From Gammaproteobacteria bacterium 45_16_T64 (GTDB taxonomy: Bacteria > Pseudomonadota > Gammaproteobacteria > Pseudomonadales > Ketobacteraceae), in contig MABD01000037.1 in the NCBI GenBank assembly GCA_002162955.1, positions 222,031 to 286,030 of the forward strand: DNA of 64,000 bases, read 5' to 3'. The position numbers and the translations under genes were made by a program. Within the stretch, counting starts at the first letter, position 1, and every line of letters begins with the position of its first letter. This document shows, piece after piece, positions 20,809 through 30,473 of the stretch. Below the pieces are notes generated by a model. It worked only from the letters and a program-made list of their open reading frames with translations. It had not been told where the DNA came from and ran no database searches.

Positions 20809-21234
20809 TTAAATGGAGTTAACAATAAAAGTCGTGGTGCCACCGGTTGCTTTGTCCGTAGTAGTCACGCTAATCGTGCCATCACCTTGGTCAACAATAT
20901 CGACAATAAAATCTGAAGTTTCCAGCGAACCAGGAATAAGGTTACCTTCATCATCAACAATTGAACCCGACAACGTTGACGTGAGTCGACTCAACAATGA
21001 GCGCTGTAAACTGTCGTTAAAATCATCGATCCCTGATCCTGAGTCAAGATCCAATGACTCCGCATCAGGATCTTTAAAAGTATTCTGAGCCTGAGCATTA
21101 TTCAGCAGCATAGTTCCGTTCATTGGATTACCACCGAACGAAGGGTTAACCGGTACATATACCATTTCAGATCCGTGAGTAGTTGAAACTACCGATATGA
21201 ACAGAGTTAAACTAAAGAAATATTTTTTCATCAT
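20809..21234 (-). CDS. csgF: Curli assembly protein CsgF.
   Basis: Matches E. coli CsgF motifs: NPSFGGNPMNGTMLLNNAQAQNTFKDP vs [27 protein letters not shown], and the C-terminal SDFIVDIVDQGDGTISVTTTDKATGGTT. The ATGATG start at 21234/21231 has an AAGGTG Shine-Dalgarno sequence. Confidence 0.85.
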   Translation of the reverse strand: MMKKYFFSLTLFISVVSTTHGSEMVYVPVNPSFGGNPMNGTMLLNNAQAQNTFKDPDAESLDLDSGSGIDDFNDSLQRSLLSRLTSTLSGSIVDDEGNLIPGSLETSDFIVDIVDQGDGTISVTTTDKATGGTTTFIVNSI

Positions 21235-21241
21235 ATTCACC

Positions 21242-21640
21242 TTAAATTTCATCATCGGATAGATCAGGCGACCCACTTGCCAACATTTGTAATACCACTT
21301 GCTGCACCTGATAACGCACATTATTGGACGCTTCTGACGCGAGCTTGGAATAATCGGGCGATCGAGACATCGAGGTTTGAAATAAAACGCGATGATTGTA
21401 AGACACACTAATAACATGGCCGCCGCGCGCACTTCTACTTTCAGACATAACAAGAACATACTGGAGTTCATGACTATACTCTTCCCACGCCATTGAAAAT
21501 TCCTGATAAAATTCTTGGCCTTTGTGAGATAACGTTTTATCGACAATAATACTGTTCAACTCTGATGCTTTTGCACTAATGCAGACCACCATCAATACGA
21601 ATATGAACATTGCATTCTTAAGATTAATCATCGCAGTCAC
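21242..21640 (-). CDS. csgE: Curli secretion specificity factor CsgE.
   Basis: GQEFYQEFSMAWEE, ESRSARGGHVISVSYNHRVLFQT and a C-terminal PDLSDDEI, colinear with E. coli CsgE ([44 protein letters not shown]). Confidence 0.8.
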   Translation of the reverse strand: MTAMINLKNAMFIFVLMVVCISAKASELNSIIVDKTLSHKGQEFYQEFSMAWEEYSHELQYVLVMSESRSARGGHVISVSYNHRVLFQTSMSRSPDYSKLASEASNNVRYQVQQVVLQMLASGSPDLSDDEI

Positions 21641-21658
21641 TTTCCCATATAAAACGAA

Positions 21659-22111
21659 TTAAAAATCTCGATACATCCTGGCCTGCATATTATTCCCATT
21701 CTGTATAATAGTACTCTGCAGATCATTGCCTCTTTGATCGACATAAACTCGATTATTCCTACCGCGTTGAAATACATTAACCGAGTTTTTTATTCCGGCC
21801 TGCAAAACAGTGGATTGGTTTTGGAATCCGACCTGCTTGGATTGACTGGTATTGCTCACACCATATTGGGTATTGATGGATCGATTTTGAATACCCAGCT
21901 GTCTAAGTTCAATATCTTGGTAGTGACCTTGTTGATTCACATTCGCAAGGTTACCTTTCGCAAAGGCAGACGCCGTATTTGCCAACTCATTAAACGACGA
22001 TATATCTCCGGCAATTGCACTGCTTAAAAATGACAACGAAGTAATCCATACAATAGGCAGTAAAAAAACCACAACCTTTAGATGCTTACTGAATGGCTTA
22101 GTAATCTTCAT
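21659..22111 (-). CDS. csgB: Curlin subunit, CsgB-like (nucleator-type) by size and a basic last repeat.
   Basis: 150 aa with a signal peptide, then about five imperfect Q-x-G-x-x-N-x-x-x-x-Q curlin repeats (VNQQGHYQD..., TQYGVSNTSQ..., FQNQSTVLQAGIKNS..., QRGNDLQSTIIQNG...). C-terminus is Arg-rich. Confidence 0.75.
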   Translation of the reverse strand: MKITKPFSKHLKVVVFLLPIVWITSLSFLSSAIAGDISSFNELANTASAFAKGNLANVNQQGHYQDIELRQLGIQNRSINTQYGVSNTSQSKQVGFQNQSTVLQAGIKNSVNVFQRGRNNRVYVDQRGNDLQSTIIQNGNNMQARMYRDF

Positions 22112-22203
22112 GATGATCTCTTCTTATTAGTGACAATGATTCACACTGCTTGGGTGACGTAATTCACATTTATATAAGCAGTCAGCATGCCAAATATGAA
22201 TTT

Positions 22204-22218
22204 TGTGATTTTTTCACA
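22204..22218. promoter_or_regulatory. CRP-like dyad TGTGA-tttttt-CACA, about 95 bp upstream of the curlin start.
   Basis: Inverted repeat read directly. Spacing is N5/N6 ambiguous relative to the CRP consensus TGTGA-N6-TCACA. Lies in the 505 bp AT-rich leader of the curli operon. Confidence 0.3.
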
Positions 22219-22616
22219 AAAAAACACCTGTTATTTATTAAGATCACAGTACAAAAGCGAAGATTCAGCCTATTTATTACTAAACGATAAGATTTCATCC
22301 CTGCGCTATCGCTCTTATCTATTAACAGACACATCTAAAGACCAATCACGACATAACATTCGATAAATAGTGCTGACGAATTTTGTCGATGACTAAAATG
22401 TATTAACGAGTCCTTTCACATAGCATCACAGACTAAGTAGTGGGAAAATTACCATTCCACGCTCTTGCGCTAGATAAACGATGACGGATGAATGATTTAT
22501 GGTTCTATCAACCAATAAGAACACAGCTTTTTCACCCTAAGAATACGTGCTGCTCCCGCTAGCCCCTCGACACAAACTGCCACCCGTGACAAAAAACGTC
22601 ACGAGTGGCAGTAAAC

Positions 22617-23531
22617 TCAACCTTGAAGTACCGCACCACAATCAACACTATCTTTTGCACTTTCAGGCAGACGCCTCTTCACTACCACCGATGGGATTAG
22701 CGGAGGCATATCCTCAAGGTGAGATCGCACATTGTGAATCCATTGCATGATCTCCGGGTATTCCGTAATCTCCTCCGCGTTATGTAAACCGACCATATAA
22801 GGTGCCACAAACTGAGGGTAAGCCCCTAGATCCGCCAGCGTTGGCTTTTTCATTCCACCTAAAAACGGCCCCTCTGCCAGATGTGCAATAAACTCCTCGC
22901 GCAACACCTGATTGGCAACCTCCAGCGGTAAATGCTTATCCGTCATATCCCTCATTTCTTTTAAAAAACCTAATTGGCTTAACACCAGGGGCCAGCTTGC
23001 CTGAAAAAGCCAAGGAATACCGCCATGAGAGGTCTTATGTAATACCTGCCCTAAGCGCCAACCATTATACACGCGGCGCATATTGACCCCGCTGCCAGGG
23101 TAATTCCTAAAATTCCCAGGAATAAGACGATGCGTGACCCATTGATCAATTGCCAATACCTTCACTCTCTCCTCCTGATTAGCCGGCAACAAGGAGGGGC
23201 TATCTGGAAACATCTCATCGAGCCATATCCCTATATCAGAAGACTCTGCACGACTTTCACTACCGACTGTGAGCGCCGGAACCTGTGTTCCCACAGGCAG
23301 GTCCTTTTTTAACCTCAGAGGGTTAATATAGAAACACTGAAAAGGCAGCTGCTTATACTGCAGATAACAATGCACTTTCTCTGCATAGGGGCTCATGGTG
23401 AATGTATATAGAGTAATATTGGGAGTTGTTTTCGACGCTTGAATTCTTTTTTGGTTACTCATTATGCCTGCCTCGGACGTTAGACTTTCGACGTTAGGTG
23501 TGAACAACACACATAACTGAACTATATTCAT
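22617..23531 (-). CDS. Glutathione S-transferase-like protein. The true start is probably the internal MSNQKRI.
   Basis: N-terminal thioredoxin-fold GST signature (ITLYTFTMSPYAEKVHCYL..., VPALTV) followed by a helical C-domain. Confidence 0.5.
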   Translation of the reverse strand: MNIVQLCVLFTPNVESLTSEAGIMSNQKRIQASKTTPNITLYTFTMSPYAEKVHCYLQYKQLPFQCFYINPLRLKKDLPVGTQVPALTVGSESRAESSDIGIWLDEMFPDSPSLLPANQEERVKVLAIDQWVTHRLIPGNFRNYPGSGVNMRRVYNGWRLGQVLHKTSHGGIPWLFQASWPLVLSQLGFLKEMRDMTDKHLPLEVANQVLREEFIAHLAEGPFLGGMKKPTLADLGAYPQFVAPYMVGLHNAEEITEYPEIMQWIHNVRSHLEDMPPLIPSVVVKRRLPESAKDSVDCGAVLQG

Positions 23532-23607
23532 AATTGACTATTAATCATTTATTGATAGAATACAACCATTATTAACATCAAAAGCCAGCAGCTAATAGAG
23601 ATCTACT

Positions 23608-24693
23608 ATGGAACAATATGAGCAAATCATGTCTATTGAGGCGGTGATTCCCTTTGTCTTTGGTTATACACTGCACGGCGTATTCGCCGGGATTCAGATC
23701 GGCTTCGCCAGCGTCCTATTGCTCTCCTGCGGCATCAACTTATTCTCCGACAAAGATATCGCTTGGCTACGTTTTGTTGGCATCACAACGAATATATCCT
23801 TACCCTCTCGGCGTTCAATTGCGTTGTTTCAATTGACGGCAAGCTCTCTTCTTCTGCTGCCGCTTTTCTTTGAGACGCCCTTTCTATTAACGGTGGCGAT
23901 ATTTATCGCAATCGCCACGTTCTATTTCATCTATCCACGATTACCACGCCATAGCTCGAATCCATTAAGCTATTTCATCTGCTATGCAGCCGTTTTACTT
24001 AGTTTGCTCGCGGCAGGTATGACAGGGTACGAGGAGCGCTCGCCATTACTCTCGATGGTCGATATCGCACAAGATATAACAACCTTCCGGCCTCAAGAGC
24101 AGGCATGGCAAAACAAACACGATGTGGATGCACCAAAAGTGGGAGATTCCGCCCCTAACTTTTCCTTACCCTCATCCAATGGCTCTTCGTCTTATTCTCT
24201 GGATGAAATACGCAGTGATAAGCTCACAGTGCTGTTTCTCGGGGCCAATAGCTGCCCAGTCTTTAGTGCTGGTATGGAAGACATGAATCGCCTGTATTCG
24301 AAATACAATGAACAGGTTAACTTTCTCGGCGTTTATGTTAGCGAACCCCATGCAGTCGACGAATGGCCCCTAGCGAGAACTCATATGCTCAAATTCATCA
24401 CCTCGTCATCGGCACATCCAGTTGCGATTGACCTAAAACAACAAGCAACATTTGCCGATCGCCACTGGGCAGCTTCACGGTTTAAGAACACCTTGCTCAA
24501 CAAGAACATCCCACTATTGGTTGACCGAATGGACAATGCAATCAACAACACATGGGTTGGTCGTCCAGCAAGGCTTTACCTCATCAGCCAATCCGGTGAA
24601 ATACTCTACAACCCAGGAAAAGGTCCCTATAGTTTTAACCCATCTCACCTGGAACCTATTATTGACCAGTACCTGTCAAAGCAACATTTATGA
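23608..24693 (+). CDS. Iodothyronine-deiodinase-like thioredoxin-fold protein with an N-terminal 4-TM membrane domain. Cys sits at the position of deiodinase Sec.
   Basis: LTVLFLGANSCPVF ... YSKYNEQVNFLGVYVSEPHAVDEW parallels the deiodinase core (LVLNFGSCT-U-PPF ... YIDEAHPSDGW). Confidence 0.55.
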   Translation: MEQYEQIMSIEAVIPFVFGYTLHGVFAGIQIGFASVLLLSCGINLFSDKDIAWLRFVGITTNISLPSRRSIALFQLTASSLLLLPLFFETPFLLTVAIFIAIATFYFIYPRLPRHSSNPLSYFICYAAVLLSLLAAGMTGYEERSPLLSMVDIAQDITTFRPQEQAWQNKHDVDAPKVGDSAPNFSLPSSNGSSSYSLDEIRSDKLTVLFLGANSCPVFSAGMEDMNRLYSKYNEQVNFLGVYVSEPHAVDEWPLARTHMLKFITSSSAHPVAIDLKQQATFADRHWAASRFKNTLLNKNIPLLVDRMDNAINNTWVGRPARLYLISQSGEILYNPGKGPYSFNPSHLEPIIDQYLSKQHL

Positions 24694-24759
24694 CCTAAGT
24701 ATTTACTCCCAACAACAGAAGGGGCTAAGCTAAAGAGTATATCCATACAGGACATACGA

Positions 24760-25779
24760 ATGCTTATGACTAAAGTCGGTGCAAGAGATATTTTTTTATG
24801 CTTTTTATTCGCTAGCCTTACCGCCACAAGCTACGCGCAAATAAATATCAAGCACACGTGTTTACGTCTTCTCGAACAGTCCGCATCTGATTTGAAAAAG
24901 TGCCTCGTCAAGCAACGTACTGAAGGCGAGTGCACTTCCAAGAACTCGATTTTGGAAGCACAAATAGGTCGCTGTAACACCCAACAATTCACCACTGAAG
25001 ATATTAGTTACGCAATCAGATCGGGAGAATCAGAGGTCGCAGGTGATAAGAATTACAGCCCTTTCGCAAAGAAGGTACTTAAGAACAAGTTAAATCTGAA
25101 TGCCACCCGCGGAAACCGGCTGAATTTTTCTCAGCAATTCCCCAAATATTCGAAGTCTCACCCTAAACGATTGCCGCACATTCAGTCGCTCAACTACGAT
25201 ACCAAAGGGTGTAAAAATCAATATTATGCGACAACCAATCGGTTGGCCTATTCAGGAAAGTATACCGCTAAACGCTACATACTACCGACAGTAGAATCAG
25301 ATGCGACAACAGATACCGATCAACACCCCCAAAGTACGATCCACTATTTTTCACGTATGACGCAGGGAAAGTGCTACCAGCCACCAAAAGAAAATGAACG
25401 ACTCATTAGCGGCGAATTAAAGATCGTGAATATTCCATCTGTCGTTCTGACGGAGCTATCACCTAAAAATTCGCGCACACGAACCATTATTTGTGAATCA
25501 GAAAAGTCCTGCAAACAAAAAAAGGAGGAGTTATTAAGCTGGAAGTTAAAATACCAAAAGGCCTATTTATCCTATAAACGAATCCACCACTGCCTAGAAA
25601 AAGAAAGCGATAACGCTTTCTTTCATCGAATACATCGAAAAGGCTTTTCAAAATTACCTTTACCTGAATATTGCCCAAAAAATAATATTAAGCAGCACTT
25701 AGAAAATCAGGAGTTATTGGTTAAAGAAATAGCATTGGCGATATTTGGACCCACAAAATCCATAACAGATAATGGATGA
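24760..25779 (+). CDS. Secreted Lys/Cys-rich hypothetical protein.
   Basis: Signal peptide (FLCFLFASLTATSYAQ), many Cys and Lys, no recognisable domain. The 3' end overlaps the convergent Rhs-like gene by 73 nt. Confidence 0.4.
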   Translation: MLMTKVGARDIFLCFLFASLTATSYAQINIKHTCLRLLEQSASDLKKCLVKQRTEGECTSKNSILEAQIGRCNTQQFTTEDISYAIRSGESEVAGDKNYSPFAKKVLKNKLNLNATRGNRLNFSQQFPKYSKSHPKRLPHIQSLNYDTKGCKNQYYATTNRLAYSGKYTAKRYILPTVESDATTDTDQHPQSTIHYFSRMTQGKCYQPPKENERLISGELKIVNIPSVVLTELSPKNSRTRTIICESEKSCKQKKEELLSWKLKYQKAYLSYKRIHHCLEKESDNAFFHRIHRKGFSKLPLPEYCPKNNIKQHLENQELLVKEIALAIFGPTKSITDNG

Positions 25780-28700
25780 CCGACCGCCAAGCTAGATTCT
25801 CCTACGCAACGGTCCGATTCAAACTCGATTGAAAGGCCCACATCCTCAACGGCAGTTCCGTGCCAGTCACTCCATATACCGCTTCCCACATGATTAAAAT
25901 AGAGATTGTTCCCCTCAATTAAAATTAATGCCGTATTATCAACAGGATCAAAAATAACAATTTTTTCAGCGTGATATGCTTCGATACCATCACGCTGACA
26001 CAGCCCCAATGCATTCAATTCACTCATGAGTCGACCCGGTAGCGGAAACGCGCCTAGCCGATAAATAAGATCTAAGCTACCCAAGAGCTGTTCGTTATCG
26101 GGGGTAGCTAATTGCTCAACTGCAGCAGAAACCCAGCGGCTATACTGCTTATCGATGTAAGATTTCACATGAAACTGCAAGGTTCGTATACTCATAGCAC
26201 CGAAATTTCGATATTCTTCCACTCCCGCGCTATTACGTACAATCGAAAACACTTGATTTTCGTTAATACAAATACTCTCCAACAAACCAATTGAGGCATA
26301 TTTATATTCGACCACATACCCCTGAGAAAACGTCGTTTTTCTCCGAAAACCGTGCTCATCATATTCGTGTTCCAATTGAGTATTAGCCGTACTACTTACA
26401 CAGGAATACGATTCGATTTTTCCGCATGTATGATAACCAAGAACTTCAGCCTTTTTCTTATCCACTCGTTCGACCACACGTCCTAACCCATCATATTGAA
26501 TCCTTATTTCATCATTTTCTGCTAATCGATAAATTTGACGTCCCACGCCATCATATTGCCATTCCGTTACAACGTTTTTTGGATCACTTTCAGCTTCCAG
26601 CTCCTCCCCAAGATAACTCAAGGAACAAGATGCCAGTTGATTTATGGCATCGAAAGTCAGCTGATAATGCTGCGTATTATCGACAATGAGCGCAACAGGA
26701 ACCGCGCTAGCAGCGTACTCAAATCGCACATAATGCTGATTCCCAAGCGTTATCATACTGATACGATCCCGGCTATCATATTCGATAGACAATCCATCCA
26801 AACCGGTTTCATGCCACCCACAAAGTCGACCGGCCTTGAACAACATTGCAACCTGTTGATCACCTGCATCAATACTTTCGATCAAACCCACCGCAGTGTA
26901 ATTCAATGACAATCCGCTGCCGACATCGGTGCCTATAGAGACAAGTCGTTTGTATAGATCGTACTGGTATCGAATCAAGCTCAGCTCTCTATCACGTAAT
27001 TCGACAAGATCACCTTCGTCGTCATACGTGGCTTGATTAATCAGGCCATTACTCGCATCAACAGTAATGCTGCCACGGCTATTTCTCTGCCAATATCGGT
27101 GCCAATGATGCCCCCCACTCTCTGTACTTATGGATACAGGCTTTCCGTCAAGGCAATTAAGCCGGTAAGCGCTGCCCTGAGGGTTAACCACAGATGTTAT
27201 TTGATGCTTATTATCATATTCACACCCCCAACTTTCTCCAAGGGCATTGCTAAATTCAACAAGGTTACCGCTGGAATCAAAGGCAGCACTATAACCACCA
27301 CCTGCAGGGTCAACCCACCCACTCAAACCCCCATCAGGCATATAGCGATATTGCCACCGATTACCGAGTGCATTTGTCACGCTGACTAACTGTCCATTCT
27401 TACTATACCCATAAGCAACTGAACTCTCATCACCCATACGTTTTTCAATAACCCGACCACAAAGGTCAAACAACCAACTTGTACGCATCCCTATGGTTTT
27501 ACGATCTCGACCTTCGACCTCCTGCATCATCGACGTCCGCGTTGACATATCCCAGTGAAAACTCCAGCACTGTGTCGGTGTTTTCTTGGCCAAGCAGCGC
27601 CAATGGTTTCCCATCATGTCCCACTGAAATTCTACGATTTTTCCCGCTGTCGACGCCATCGAAGCCAATAACATGGATGGGGGATGACTCTCTTCTTCAG
27701 CACGATAATCATAACGCCATTCGTCACCTTGACGATCCACCGCGAGTAGTCGTGCCTCTTCACTCCATTGATACGTCACTAAGACCCTAGGGTGCTGAGA
27801 CGGGACTCGCTTAGCAACAGAGGTGATATTCCCGTTGGCATCTCGACTGATAACTATTGATTCCCCCCAACTACTGCTGAGCTCAACCAAACACAAGTCT
27901 TGATAGATGAAATTCCAATACTGGTGATAGTTATTTCGAATCTGGACCAACGGGATCTCTTCATTCATAAGTTCTGGCATATCGGCAAACACACCAGTAA
28001 GACCATTTACCACTGGCTGAATTGTTGAATGCTCTCCGCTAAAATGTCGATCCGCGTCTCCCTGCGACTTAATCACAAATACACTAAAAAACACACGGTG
28101 CAGTGATATGCCCGCCGCCGCATTCACCGCATACTTTCCAATCGGGGGTAAGTCGAACATCACAATAAGACTACTTTCTTGTTGATAAGCAACCTTACCC
28201 TGAGTTATTTTGAGCTTTTCATCCGACAGAAAACTCCAACCTTTTACATTCGAAGAACGATAATAACGTCGCCAGGTTATCGGGACAGGACCAGCAAGGG
28301 TAAAGTCGTCTTCAGAGATAACGACCTCACCAGTTGCCCCAAATACCTGCCCACTATCAATACAGTCTCCACCACTCTCAACGTATAAGGGCATACTCGA
28401 AACATGCTGCCCGCTAAGGTTGGTTGTCGGAGCAAGGTGAGTGGCGAAATGATCCAAACAGCGTTGCTGAACAGGAGGCTCTCGCCATTCGACCTTCATA
28501 TCAGTACCCGTTCGCCCCCTTACTTTTCTGCTCATCTTGGTTTGGGCAAATAACTGCAGCAACTCCCCATAAACCGCACGCAGCTCAAATAACAATAGAT
28601 CGATTGCCGGATACAGCACCCTGCATTGCTCTAAAGCGCTATTCTCCTTGATCTCAACCTCAGCAGTTTCTACACCCTGCGTGGTCTCTGAGTCTAACGT

Positions 28701-29471
28701 AACCTGCAGCACCAGCCCGTTCACTACATCCATCACAAATGCTTTAGCATATGCCGCAGCAGGATGGCATAGCCAAATAGTGTGCAAGAAATCAAGTAAC
28801 CCTTGTATTAACAATTTATCTGAACAGAACAGATACGCCTTCGCCTTCATCTCTGGAGTTAGCCGATGACGAGTCGCAATCTCACTCAGCACTTTAGCTG
28901 GATCAAACACCTCAAGATGAGACAGTAATAGCGGTGTTATTCCAAAGCTTTGTTCTTTATTCTGGGCCGCCAAACTTGCAGCGTTTTCAGAAATCCAAGC
29001 CGCGTAATACTGCCAACTGGATTGAGGTAACCGTAGTACGATCTCAGCATGATTCAATGGTATGGAATAGGGTAAATATTCTTTCAGCGGACTGACCGAG
29101 AGCATATTGTTGATGCCTTCTAACTGAGACGAAAGTAACATCACCAAGCTATCCAAGCTTTGCCCTATCTTTTCCCGCAGCTTTTCAACCGCCATGCTAT
29201 CCACGGTGACATCCTCAGGCCCTAAGAATACTTCAACCGGCCCAGGAATCAGTCCATCGATGACGGCCTGACCCGATGCGTCCAACTCACCGCGATACTC
29301 CACCAACCCATCTTGCAGGCTCAACACTCGATATTCGATACCACCAATAGGTAAAACATCACTCCTGGAATACGCGTATTCGATCGAAAGAGTATGATGG
29401 GAAGGAATGTCTTCCATCAACCAGTCGGCTAACGCGGCTGGTGTATTATTGGGCTCTATTGTTGCTGACAC
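25707..29471 (-). CDS. YD/Rhs-repeat-containing large protein (1254 aa).
   Basis: Rhs shell entry motif (VFGATGEV...DFTLAGPVPITWRRYYRSS) and multiple YD repeats (AYGYSKNGQLVSVTNALGNRWQYRY, GNLVEFSNALGESWGCEYD, ATYDDEGDLVEL, WQYDGVGRQIYRL, IQYDGLGRVVERVD). No DPxGL cleavage motif seen. Confidence 0.7.
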   Translation of the reverse strand: MSATIEPNNTPAALADWLMEDIPSHHTLSIEYAYSRSDVLPIGGIEYRVLSLQDGLVEYRGELDASGQAVIDGLIPGPVEVFLGPEDVTVDSMAVEKLREKIGQSLDSLVMLLSSQLEGINNMLSVSPLKEYLPYSIPLNHAEIVLRLPQSSWQYYAAWISENAASLAAQNKEQSFGITPLLLSHLEVFDPAKVLSEIATRHRLTPEMKAKAYLFCSDKLLIQGLLDFLHTIWLCHPAAAYAKAFVMDVVNGLVLQVTLDSETTQGVETAEVEIKENSALEQCRVLYPAIDLLLFELRAVYGELLQLFAQTKMSRKVRGRTGTDMKVEWREPPVQQRCLDHFATHLAPTTNLSGQHVSSMPLYVESGGDCIDSGQVFGATGEVVISEDDFTLAGPVPITWRRYYRSSNVKGWSFLSDEKLKITQGKVAYQQESSLIVMFDLPPIGKYAVNAAAGISLHRVFFSVFVIKSQGDADRHFSGEHSTIQPVVNGLTGVFADMPELMNEEIPLVQIRNNYHQYWNFIYQDLCLVELSSSWGESIVISRDANGNITSVAKRVPSQHPRVLVTYQWSEEARLLAVDRQGDEWRYDYRAEEESHPPSMLLASMASTAGKIVEFQWDMMGNHWRCLAKKTPTQCWSFHWDMSTRTSMMQEVEGRDRKTIGMRTSWLFDLCGRVIEKRMGDESSVAYGYSKNGQLVSVTNALGNRWQYRYMPDGGLSGWVDPAGGGYSAAFDSSGNLVEFSNALGESWGCEYDNKHQITSVVNPQGSAYRLNCLDGKPVSISTESGGHHWHRYWQRNSRGSITVDASNGLINQATYDDEGDLVELRDRELSLIRYQYDLYKRLVSIGTDVGSGLSLNYTAVGLIESIDAGDQQVAMLFKAGRLCGWHETGLDGLSIEYDSRDRISMITLGNQHYVRFEYAASAVPVALIVDNTQHYQLTFDAINQLASCSLSYLGEELEAESDPKNVVTEWQYDGVGRQIYRLAENDEIRIQYDGLGRVVERVDKKKAEVLGYHTCGKIESYSCVSSTANTQLEHEYDEHGFRRKTTFSQGYVVEYKYASIGLLESICINENQVFSIVRNSAGVEEYRNFGAMSIRTLQFHVKSYIDKQYSRWVSAAVEQLATPDNEQLLGSLDLIYRLGAFPLPGRLMSELNALGLCQRDGIEAYHAEKIVIFDPVDNTALILIEGNNLYFNHVGSGIWSDWHGTAVEDVGLSIEFESDRCVGESSLAVGHPLSVMDFVGPNIANAISLTNNS

Positions 29472-29630
29472 TGAGATTCTTCACCTATTGCATGTAGGGG
29501 CTTCGATTACAGATTTTACAAATCCAGAATCTGCAAACGAAGTTTGATCCCATAAAGACAACAAGCAGGCAAAGATCTCGCGCAAATGACCCCGTAAGCT
29601 TATCTACCGACCCACACGCTAAGGTTTTCT

Positions 29631-30473
29631 CTACAATCCATTCTCAGTAGCTACGCGCAAATACTCCTCTGGCTCAGGCCTTACCCGGTAGTTACTGGTT
29701 TGATCCGAATACACGATTTTACCTTCGGCATTGATAAATAGTGCCGTAGGCAGCACGGTATCTTGATCGTATCCCAACACTTCCATACCCAACGGCAAAC
29801 CGTCAGGCATTGCAATTTTCAGTTGCTCAGCAGCAGCATTCGCCTTATCTACTAAGAACAGGAAAGGCACATCAAATTTATCTGACAGCTTCTTGCTGTG
29901 GGACTCAGGTTGCGGGCTTATTAGCAGGATCTTAATGCCCTTATCTGCCATTTCCTTGTATTGAGCCGCTATTTCACGAATCTGCGCCATACACAATGGA
30001 CACCAATTCCCTCGATAAAACAGGATCAAAGCCGGGCTTCCTGCCAGCTCGCGAGAGGAAAAGACACTGCCATCGGTTCGATACACACTAAATTCCGGTA
30101 GCAATTGCCCTTCTTGTAAAAGAGGACTCTCTACCCGCGCCAAGTTAGAGTACCAACGATTATAGAGTTGAAAACCCACAAAACCGACGACCGCACTCAA
30201 CACCGGCAACAACGTGTCAACGCTAAAGCTTCCATATCCAGCGATCACAATGCCCACAACACCCAGCCCCGTGAATAGCGGTAAAGTTTCAGAAGTACGC
30301 GCTAGATTTGAAAACAGAAAAGCGCGAGCCAACATTAACTGTAGCGGCAATACCACCAACAATACCCCGCTCCAACCAATAGGATTGGCCATAAAATCAT
30401 AGATCGCGTACCCAGCAATACCACACAACGCAGTGAGGAATACACTCACATAGATAGATTTAAGTTTGTTCAT
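29631..30473 (-). CDS. Membrane-anchored redoxin (AhpC/TSA/thioredoxin-like) protein.
   Basis: 4 TM segments followed by a thioredoxin fold with WCPLC (ILFYRGNWCPLCMAQ). Confidence 0.6.
   Translation of the reverse strand: MNKLKSIYVSVFLTALCGIAGYAIYDFMANPIGWSGVLLVVLPLQLMLARAFLFSNLARTSETLPLFTGLGVVGIVIAGYGSFSVDTLLPVLSAVVGFVGFQLYNRWYSNLARVESPLLQEGQLLPEFSVYRTDGSVFSSRELAGSPALILFYRGNWCPLCMAQIREIAAQYKEMADKGIKILLISPQPESHSKKLSDKFDVPFLFLVDKANAAAEQLKIAMPDGLPLGMEVLGYDQDTVLPTALFINAEGKIVYSDQTSNYRVRPEPEEYLRVATENGL

Noticed and set aside
21659-22111. Calling the curlin csgA (major subunit).
   Set aside because: Size (150 aa), the Arg-rich terminal repeat and its position directly before csgE fit CsgB-type nucleators better. 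Left as CsgB-like with moderate confidence.
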